In this document: positions 9,401 to 13,659 of the stretch, one piece after another
Position numbering within the stretch: position 1 is the first letter of the stretch
Layout of the letters: each line of letters begins with the position of its first letter
Source of the DNA: Bacteroidales bacterium
GTDB taxonomy: Bacteria; Bacteroidota; Bacteroidia; Bacteroidales; WCHB1-69
Direction of reading: 5' to 3'
DNA length: 32,180 nucleotides
Assembly: GCA_031257735.1 (NCBI GenBank)
Contig: JAIROC010000212.1
Location: 1-32,180 of the forward strand
Translations under genes and position numbers: made by a program
The notes under the pieces: model-generated
What the model was told of the DNA's origin: nothing
Seen by the model: the letters and a program-made list of their open reading frames with translations, nothing else
Databases searched by the model: none

Positions 9401-10572
9401 TAACGTTGGAAATAATAGAAACAGGACAGATTTTCACCGATACGCTGATAACAGGTATTTTATTGCAGGGGGGGGCTGATACTGTAACGATTGCAAATGG
9501 AATTGATCTACAGAAGGGGACGTATACCTTAAAGGCTTATTTTTCATCTGTTTTTGATGTAGACAGAAACAATGATACGCTAATAAGGAGTATAATCATC
9601 AATCCCGATATCAGTATATCTCTTGAGCAGGTTTCAGGTGGAAATAGCAACTGTCTTGCGGCGGGAATAGATATTTTTCCACGGGTGAATATTACAAATA
9701 CGGGTAATATGGAATTGTATAATATTGCATTGACATTACAGATAGATACAGGAACGGGTGGAACATCTGACTACGTAACGCTTAAAGATACTTATAGAAA
9801 TGTAATACCTGTCAATGGCAGTATTGTTTATGATTTTAAAAATCCTTATCAAGTTCCATGGAAAGCGGATTACTATTTGCGAATTACGGCATATCTTGCT
9901 TGTGACAGTTCATTAGTAAATACGGTTAATGAGACATTGGAATGTGCCGACACTAAGGATTTACAGATTGTAAGCATAGATAATCTGACAGATTCGGATG
10001 ATAAAGCAGAAAGTTCTGTTCAGTTGCGGGTAAGTTTACATAATCGTAGTGATTATTACCTGTACAATGATGTAAGGATAAATGTATTAGTAGAAAATTC
10101 TCAGGGAATTGCAACGACAAAGTTTGATGAAATAATAGGATCAATAGGAACGCTATCTACGGTAAGTCATGAGTTTACTAATTCTTATACTGTTCCCAAC
10201 GACACGGTATATTATCTTACGGTATACATAGACAGTAATGATATTTATCAGTATAACGATACCATAAAAGTCAAACGAGCTACGAATTACACGAATATAA
10301 ACACAACAGAGAGGTTTCGTTTCACTGTTAATCAGAACATACCCAATCCAGCGGATGATCATACCCATATCGATTACAGTATTCCAGAATCAGGAGAAGT
10401 ATTGTTATACGTTCACAGCATTAGTGGACAGTTATTATATTCGCAGCATATAGATGCCAAACGTGGAAATAACAGTATTGAATTACGTACAGATAGATTT
10501 TCATCAGGGATATATTTTTATTCGATGGAATACAGAGGACAAAAACAGATAAAACAATTAATCATTATGTAA
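403..10572 (+). CDS. Giant (3389 aa) secreted surface protein: signal peptide, lectin/MAM-like N-domain, four tandem CARDB-like + right-handed parallel beta-helix modules, further CARDB-like Ig-type domains, T9SS C-terminal sorting domain
   Basis: One uninterrupted ORF. The N-terminus MRKCIIITLIGILISMPLFSQ looks like a signal peptide. NNxI/NNNIV-type beta-helix rungs are repeated. CARDB-like segments occur (e.g. LKIVFTNNGKDTLHSVNLSWSVNG). The C-terminus NIPNPADDHTHIDYSIPESGEVLLYVHSISGQLL...GIYFYSMEY...KQLIIM fits the Por/T9SS CTD pattern. Confidence 0.9.
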   Translation: MRKCIIITLIGILISMPLFSQKFIFTENFDNDTIRFSPSSTTSWKIDSNFQLSPPNGIRGIVPNKSGDSVILTSPVYNLSNYSYVYLQFDHICKVSPMDMVAIEYRISNQTWKPIPVFSYLGNASSFHTNGFSANSYTQWLGKDSLAYPNASWWKQEVFDLTAETSKSDGVQFRFVIKRGTVSGTQISYGWLLDNIEVVASSYEVRPPLVTFVAPFVRDTVNSTGTWIINAKVKTITAARIENPYLKYTATYLGTVLADDSVSMTLIKGDSLWQAVIPQFRFGTNVVYSITGRDTTNNWASDTSGYVIKKPVHNFGDISVALTSIDTPIYQVSVGNIITPVTVTLRNKGDSVLTSATIYWSVNGVEQTPFPWTGNLMWDFEQQVTLGTYLSRTDDYDTVCVWIVMPNGITDNVLIDDSLAIIVYGCMSMHGVYTVGDGEIFPTITSAITALSFCPPQGNIVIQMKNGVYSENVNLTNSSAFMGKHTLTLTSLTGDKDGVIIRPSSGIGVRLNASNNIRIEDITIDVEKGTHGVYLSGACTNVVINRCNIFANPTATTGTTINAIGIYKPSSSVLNNSAHNVRVANCFVNGGFYGIYFDSFNKDYNDSVSIDSNIVINQSVYGIYCHFTGYTSVSYNQITSRSVDIGTTHGTTWRGLTLDDVRSPNKTPVVNNRIRSNNPKITNQLYGIYNRYVDSCLFANNEIYLNSSATTTYGIWTSNGIEVDYFHNTVLLTGKGGATFRALHIEKPSTATPYFYVYNKFKNNIFVANGGTTPYAIYLPFTPDSNFLHYYQINSNNYYSSGNLGYTGVNRADLAAWKSVIISDSNSTNKLPIFLDTAVDLRISNQIQLYCLPDTLVRNDIRDSVRNTPTQMGCYEFDLFDNNGSLSQFSGMREGILQGVTDSLKIVFTNNGKDTLHSVNLSWSVNGTTQSSKEYFFSKPLSWMETDTLDVATLTYPLGYVNVQIWINSLNGGTLSDEFTQDDTVKNTVYICSGAISGVIPVSNTSNYSTINSLLDHLSICGLGGDVTILLDSGVYTENCDFSFLSKDTLGHKLTLTSKSGKADDVVIKTVKGNAVTLSDVRNLTIKNITLDATVDTTQAILFTGSCQNILIKDCKLLGNLTTNKAKNVLVNTANTGVMDSIFFITNLFNGGYQAVVFKGGIDTSLNGYGTVFIFDSNTVSNQYAAGVNLSYLDSIRFSHNTITPRTTTSSTSIAAEWIALTLSYINGDIIGNRILERNIAITIAHGMEISYHNYYPVGQALGKGLIANNEIILTEGDYYLGIYVCKGMYIENSNSEIIHNSIYTTAVSGAYGLQIYGTTNNISVTNNNIVISGTTSTTSYPIYLPATSQNIYDIDYNNFYAPSYIAYLSGNVTTIDAWKQKMPTDTHSVRVLPNFIDLKTGLELSDNNYLYGNLIPSVSRDINGISRKTLTRIGCYEENIMNANAALIEMSALRNGLIKGETETLKIIVHNRGASSITSINLSLLINGTTETKHECFFTSPLAWKQTDTVDLTLTYIPGNMTVKVWINSFNLETLYDDNPKNDTLSTSTFVCLAPVTDTIRIGKEGDYTNITSALQSILKCGYGNITLLIDSGLYAENCDLTDINRYMSTNKLTITSKSGKASDVVIKPVTGGRMKLSNTRNVVIKNITLDATTATTYGITFAGDCYNILIRDCRFLGNLTSTNTANILVNASTNMSDSIFFISNLFEGGYRAINFKGGIGTGEGQYGTNFIFDSNTLTKQYTAGAVLSYLELISCSHNIISSRATNVSSTWNALAINHSNGPIIGNKITSLSASISYPMGMNISCHHYFPLTKAKGRGLIANNEITLANSYNYMNSSAAIRIDSVKSYIVHNSVHVISNQVDAAFSIFGLLIPKLNSNDVIIKNNNIVINATAPNATSYPIYFADTGSLNLYDMDYNNYYSANYVGYYQQGIKSLTTWKKTTASDMHSVSLMPNYIDFSTGLKFLDNDLFHCDLIPDVNKDINGINRYARTVMGCYEEDIIDINTTLTDILGLDKIAVSTGQNEQIQVVFTNKGHTTVHTAKLKWSINGQLQSEKYHTFTPPLSTFYSDTIDLDILSYIDGEMNIKIWIEQLDGGALIDGDSQNDTVMATVFGCNSMITNILQVGVSNIHKTINEAITAVARCGVGDITIMLDGGLYEENCNFSILDKYLATNTLTITSKTGNATDVIIKSSSEAAIVLSNTRNIVLKKITIDVRSTNNPCILFAGTCTNILVRDCRLLADTSTTNILSAPVYKGAKTGIVDSIFFIGNLLDGGYAGFYFIGGGDYPSEWGSHVIFDSNIISNTYYYGIYTEYTDFISCLRNSITSRRTNTGLDWYGIQINNSKISLIGNSIIQRSNAITKPYGIYSSMHNFNYQDIPVCNRAMIANNEIILNTTITTSNTYSGIYATNTRAEFINNSVYFSGTGAARGIYIDNAKTTKNDLIIQNNNIITQTTYTSQPLQFSDTGNISLYNIDYNNYGTSTYIGYYGKSIKSMLDWQDVIPSDRHSVKILPTFEDSNITKLALSSFTGLACPLYAGVTKDIHGISRTATTSMGAYHGVGDYPLTLNLAMKKIICDTIVSYSQKISVSIEIENEGTNILIDSAVFGWSINDEIQPSFRWIAGSRLGIREKAEVTVGILDPSQRTNVFNIVVWVEEVNGVTDTVTSNNTVKSTVRVLFTGSNLHTVAVEQLVPVGQLCTADSTSLKVRLQNSGTLSHDFSLNPVTFHVRVTTPDTFKLDKVISSGELKSGETVIIELTDNFPIVAAGEYDINVWIDSLSNILYDDTLMHYFISGKFSLPVDEYFDNNFPVEFNQQSNNLLYQWQIIPEGIDGDSVVAPQFGDGMLSFRGDLGSMSTLSTRQLDLSRTEQPSLSFWYFHDTIPNEDYTDVRITVDGGTTYTTLFSLEKYNSVYGWKQYSTDLPIFAVNQCVIIAFEAMEKTRSTDITQYIDRIFITAKQDIAVTDIFASSYSICDLEEKKLNVVLSNLTDPILNYDSMIVTLEIIETGQIFTDTLITGILLQGGADTVTIANGIDLQKGTYTLKAYFSSVFDVDRNNDTLIRSIIINPDISISLEQVSGGNSNCLAAGIDIFPRVNITNTGNMELYNIALTLQIDTGTGGTSDYVTLKDTYRNVIPVNGSIVYDFKNPYQVPWKADYYLRITAYLACDSSLVNTVNETLECADTKDLQIVSIDNLTDSDDKAESSVQLRVSLHNRSDYYLYNDVRINVLVENSQGIATTKFDEIIGSIGTLSTVSHEFTNSYTVPNDTVYYLTVYIDSNDIYQYNDTIKVKRATNYTNINTTERFRFTVNQNIPNPADDHTHIDYSIPESGEVLLYVHSISGQLLYSQHIDAKRGNNSIELRTDRFSSGIYFYSMEYRGQKQIKQLIIM
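1336..8079 (+). repeat. Four tandem intragenic modules of about 1.68 kb (about 560 aa) inside the giant gene
   Basis: The anchor motif (M/I)G(C/A)Y(E/H) recurs at codons 872, 1434, 1995 and 2555 (nt 3016, 4702, 6385, 8065). That gives periods of 562, 561 and 560 aa. Each module has the same order: CARDB-like domain, then xITSKSGKAxDVVIK...NITLDA...beta-helix. Modules 2 and 3 are the most similar. At the DNA level the copies are diverged, with only short near-identical runs such as ACCTCCAAAAG(T/C)GGTAA. Confidence 0.85.
10321..10569 (+). other. T9SS (Por) C-terminal sorting domain of the giant protein
   Basis: The last ~83 aa carry NPA near the start, alternating hydrophobic beta-strands, GIYFY and a K-rich end, as in TIGR04183-type CTDs (from memory of the family, not searched). 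Confidence 0.8.
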
Positions 10573-10615
10573 GGGCAAGGTTTGCTTGCTTCTACATAAA
10601 CATTATAGAGACGAT

Positions 10616-10665
10616 ATGTGCATATTACCGTAAAATATATTTTTATTACATACGGTTATGCACAT
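10616..10665 (+). terminator. Imperfect AT-rich hairpin downstream of the giant gene (weak terminator candidate)
   Basis: ATGTGCATA (10616-10624) pairs with TATGCACAT (10657-10665), and ACCGTA (10627-10632) pairs with TACGGT (10651-10656). There is a 2-nt bulge and an 18-nt A/T loop. No clear T-tract follows. Confidence 0.25.
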
Positions 10666-10822
10666 TTCATCCCTACGGAACTTTTTATAATACGTCATTG
10701 CAATCGCAGCGAAGCAATACATAACAAAAATGCGTATTCGGATGATGATCTATTCAAGAAAAATTGTTCAAAAAGAGATTATCATAGTAACAAGCTCAAA
10801 AAAAAATTCCCAAATAATAAAT

Positions 10823-11039
10823 TGCGTCGACGCAACATCTACTTTTTTCTTCCGGGAAGAAAATGCGTTCACGCATTTTCTATTTTCAGCTTCAAAATAG
10901 AAAATGCGTTGACGCAACATCTGTTTTTTTCTTCCGGGAAGAAAATGCGTCGACGCATTTTCTATTTTCAGCTTCAAAATAGAAAATGCGTTCACGCAAT
11001 GTCTACTTTTTTCTTCCGGGAAGAAAATGCGTTCACGCA
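10823..11039. repeat. Array of six 12-bp palindromes TGCGT-NN-ACGCA spaced exactly 41 bp apart; 82-bp unit x about 2.65
   Basis: Sites are at 10823, 10864, 10905, 10946, 10987 and 11028. The 29-bp spacers alternate between two types. Type 1 is ACATCTACTTTTTTCTTCCGGGAAGAAAA and contains the hairpin CTTCC-G-GGAAG. Type 2 is TTTTCTATTTTCAGCTTCAAAATAGAAAA, with an 11-bp stem and a 7-nt loop; its two copies are identical. Confidence 0.95.
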
Positions 11040-11068
11040 ATGTCAATTTTGAACTCCTGTGGGCAAAT

Positions 11069-11136
11069 TGTTATTGTAACAATCTATAGAAAAATTGTCC
11101 GTAGGGAGAGTGTTATTGTAATAATCTATAGAAAAA
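11069..11136 (+). repeat. 26-nt direct repeat TGTTATTGTAA(C/T)AATCTATAGAAAAA, two copies 42 bp apart
   Basis: Copies are at 11069-11094 and 11111-11136 with 1 mismatch, immediately after the palindrome array. Confidence 0.9.
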
Positions 11137-11150
11137 AGTTTCTTTTGTTA

Positions 11151-11364
11151 GGGATTAGCTCCGCTGCTCTTGGCGCTTCGCTGCGCTCGCAATCCCTTGC
11201 CCTAAAACGCGGTGTTGGATGGGATTAGCTCCGCTGCTCTTACGGGTGCGGGTCAAGCCCGCAATGACGACATTATACCGTCCAAACAACGCCTCCTTCG
11301 CAATGATGACGCTGATTAAGCGGTTTCGTGCGTCAGCCTAATTCCTAATTCATAATTCATAATT
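11151..11364 (-). repeat. Copy B of the modular GC-rich repeat family, inverted relative to copy A
   Basis: GGGATTAGCTCCGCTGCTCTT occurs twice (11151, 11221). It is followed by TGCGGGTCAAGCCCGCAATGACG, GTCCAAACAAC, CGCAATGATGACG, TTTCGTGCGTCAGCC (reverse complement of GGCTGACGCACGAAA in copy A) and the heptamers AATTCCT AATTCAT AATTCAT AATT (11340-11364). Confidence 0.85.
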
Positions 11365-11393
11365 ATACTTTAAAGACAGACACTAATTAAATT

Positions 11394-12257
11394 TTATTCA
11401 GAAGCGTTGCTTTCTCCTGATTTATGAATGGTTATATTTGAATATGTCAGTTTTGAGGCGTCAATATCCGCGCTGCCTGAGGTTGATAGTTTTACATTGT
11501 TTGCTTTTCCACTTATATCAATATCCGCACCTCCTGAAGCCTGTGCCTTGAGATTTTCTGAAACGGTTAATTTAATATTCAAGTCGCTTCCTCCATCTGC
11601 CGCCAGATTACAGGAGTTTGTTTGAAGGTTTTTTATTTTGCAATCCGCTCCGCCTGACGTCAATACATTCGTATTTCCCTTTACTGTTAGATTATTTATA
11701 CTGCCATCTGCGCCACCCGACATCACTATTTTGACATCATCGCCTACAGTCAGATTATCTATCTTGCTGTCTGCACCACCTGATATTGATATGTTAACGT
11801 TTTTGGCTACTGTCAGATTAATTATGTTTACGTCAGATGCTCCCGATACGTTTAATTGAAAAGACCCTTCGCATTTCAAGTTATCTACATAAAAATCAGA
11901 ACTCCCTGAAGCATATACTTTATTAAGCGATGGCGCTGAAACATATACTTTTGATACGACAGTTTCGGTTATTTCCCACTTACCTTCTTTCCATTCGACA
12001 ACAAGAGTTTCGTCTTTCACTTCGGTAATAATCTTATCGACATATTTTTTGTCCGTTTCTACTACAATGCTATACGTATCGTCTTGAGTAAAATAAATGT
12101 CAATATTTGCTTTTGTAATTATTCTTTGAAAAGGGGCTGTTTCTCTGTTTTCCTTGACCACTGTTTGTGCCATGCAAGAAACAGCAGTACAGAATAAAAA
12201 TGCGTAAGCATACACGAATGGCTTTAGATTGCCTTTTTTTATAATTCTACATTTCAT
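11394..12257 (-). CDS. DUF2807 / GIN-domain (putative adhesin head) secreted protein, 287 aa from the internal Met
   Basis: Starting at M104 of the 390-aa ORF gives MKCRIIKKGNLKPFVYAYAFLFCTAVSCMAQ, which looks like a signal peptide. It is followed by repeated SG(G/A)(A/S)D...N(L/I) units about every 22 aa, typical of DUF2807. Confidence 0.7.
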   Translation of the reverse strand: MKCRIIKKGNLKPFVYAYAFLFCTAVSCMAQTVVKENRETAPFQRIITKANIDIYFTQDDTYSIVVETDKKYVDKIITEVKDETLVVEWKEGKWEITETVVSKVYVSAPSLNKVYASGSSDFYVDNLKCEGSFQLNVSGASDVNIINLTVAKNVNISISGGADSKIDNLTVGDDVKIVMSGGADGSINNLTVKGNTNVLTSGGADCKIKNLQTNSCNLAADGGSDLNIKLTVSENLKAQASGGADIDISGKANNVKLSTSGSADIDASKLTYSNITIHKSGESNASE

Positions 12258-12566
12258 GGTATTACATTTTATATTTAATATTAATTCAGTCATTGTTTCT
12301 AATCTTTTATTTTCTCTTCGGCATCCATAAATTTCTTTCCTTATTGCTATGTATTTTTCCCTGTTGCCGTAAATTTTTTCCGCATATCGGTGAAAATGAT
12401 AAGCAAAAGCGTATTGACCCGAATTTAACTGTCGCAAATCAAAGTTCAGGTTTTGAGGTTTTACTCCTGCTTTGGCAATAGAAATATCAGAGAATATTCT
12501 GAAATGGTCTATCTTGTTTGGGTCTTCCTTAAATTCTCTTTGAGATGATTTTAAAATTGTTGCCAT
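12258..12566 (-). pseudogene. Truncated cupin-domain gene remnant, in frame with the downstream DUF2807 ORF
   Basis: The first ~63 aa (..NFDLRQLNSGQYAFAYHFHRYAEK) match the N-terminal half and first His motif of small bacterial cupins. The expected second half of the barrel is absent, and the sequence runs into low-complexity residues and then the signal peptide of the next gene. Confidence 0.4.
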
Positions 12567-12639
12567 GTATTTATACCTAAAATTAAAAATGGATTATTCT
12601 GTTTTCGTTTGTATCAATTGATTATCCATGTTCCGTTCA

Positions 12640-13452
12640 TTATTTGAATTGACTTAAAACGATTTTATCAAACATGGCGTCGCTCAAACACCTTTTCAAG
12701 AGCAGGAGTGGTTTTGCGAAAAAACCTTTAGCATATCTGGCTTTAGGATTTCGTGTTTCGATAATTTTCCGAATCAGTTGGGCGATAATAATAGGTTTTG
12801 GCAATTTATTTTCCAGAGATACGATTGATGAGACTTTCTTTGCAAAAGGAGCATATATCGTATCTTTAGACGCAGTGAGCATGTTTGTGTTAGCAATTCC
12901 TGCCCATTCGGATTGTATTCCTCCCGGTTCAAGCAAAACTACATTAATTCCAAACTGTTTCACCTCCATACGCAGGCTGTCGCTCAATCCTTCTAAGGCG
13001 AACTTACTTGCATAATACCAGCCACCCATAGGAGTTGCCATTTTTCCGCCAATGGATGAAATGTTGATTATCTTTCCACTCTTTTGCCTGCGCATGTAAG
13101 GTAATACCTGTTGCGTCATGCGCGCTAATCCAAACAAATTGACTTCCATTTGCTTTTTGGCGTTCTCAATGCTCACATCTTCCACCGATCCATATTCGCC
13201 ATAGCCGGCATTATTGACTAAGACATCTATCCGTCCTTCATTTTTTATAACTTCGTTTATTGCATTGATAACCGAAATTTCATCGGTTATATCCAAGACT
13301 AACGTCTTGACATTTTGCGATTCGAGTTCTTTCAATTTGTCCACTCGTCTCGCCATTCCATAAACGGTATAATTGCATTTTGCTAAAAACAAAGCTGTTT
13401 CCCTTCCAATTCCCGAAGAAGCGCCTGTGATTAAAACTACTTTTTTCTCCAT
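12640..13452 (-). CDS. Short-chain dehydrogenase/reductase (SDR) family oxidoreductase, 270 aa
   Basis: The motifs present are the TGASSGIG cofactor motif, NNAG, and catalytic S...YxxSK (YYASKFALEG). Confidence 0.9.
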   Translation of the reverse strand: MEKKVVLITGASSGIGRETALFLAKCNYTVYGMARRVDKLKELESQNVKTLVLDITDEISVINAINEVIKNEGRIDVLVNNAGYGEYGSVEDVSIENAKKQMEVNLFGLARMTQQVLPYMRRQKSGKIINISSIGGKMATPMGGWYYASKFALEGLSDSLRMEVKQFGINVVLLEPGGIQSEWAGIANTNMLTASKDTIYAPFAKKVSSIVSLENKLPKPIIIAQLIRKIIETRNPKARYAKGFFAKPLLLLKRCLSDAMFDKIVLSQFK

Positions 13453-13477
13453 ATTTTTTTATTTGAAATGTGTAGTG

Positions 13478-13508
13478 CAAAATTAGCAATTATCTCGGTG
13501 CAAAGGTA
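13478..13508 (-). promoter_or_regulatory. Bacteroidota -7 promoter motifs (TAatTTTG and TAccTTTG on the minus strand) upstream of the SDR gene
   Basis: Plus-strand CAAAATTA (13478-13485) and CAAAGGTA (13501-13508) are reverse complements of the TAnnTTTG consensus. They lie 26 and 49 nt upstream of the start at 13452. Confidence 0.5.
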
Positions 13509-13525
13509 GCATAAAATTCTTAATG

Positions 13526-13543
13526 GAACTCCGTACGGAGTTC
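13526..13543. terminator. Perfect 18-bp palindrome GAACTCCGTACGGAGTTC downstream of the TonB-dependent receptor gene
   Basis: Read directly. It lies between the receptor stop (13660) and the SDR promoter motifs. On the minus strand it is followed by a moderately T-rich stretch. Confidence 0.4.
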
Positions 13544-13659
13544 TACAACGAATTTAATCACTTTCTCTATTGATATGAATGCACTAACGAGCAATGAGAA
13601 GCCCCGAAGCAAAGCGGAGAGTAGCGTCGCTACGCTCCTTACAATAAAGCCCGTTAATC

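Noticed and set aside
616-10368. Antisense and off-frame ORFs within the giant gene (e.g. 1027-1551 -, 8148-8693 -, 3733-4161 -, 6774-7139 -)
   Set aside because: All are nested in a 10-kb ORF that shows clear domain periodicity. Their peptides have no recognisable motifs and are expected by chance opposite a long ORF.
10823-11039. Possible CRISPR array (regularly spaced palindromic repeats)
   Set aside because: The repeats are only 12 bp. The 29-bp spacers are not unique and alternate between two conserved sequences. No cas genes or leader are present.
10618-11228. ORFs 10618-11052 (+), 10768-11046 (-) and 10986-11228 (+) as protein-coding genes
   Set aside because: They run through the palindromic array and give mirror-image low-complexity peptides on both strands (FFLPGRKCVHA...). 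There is no start context or promoter motif. They are artefacts of palindromic DNA.
11394-12566. The full 390-aa ORF as a single protein
   Set aside because: A signal peptide starts at residue 104, and the N-terminal part is a truncated cupin. I split it into a DUF2807 CDS and a cupin remnant.
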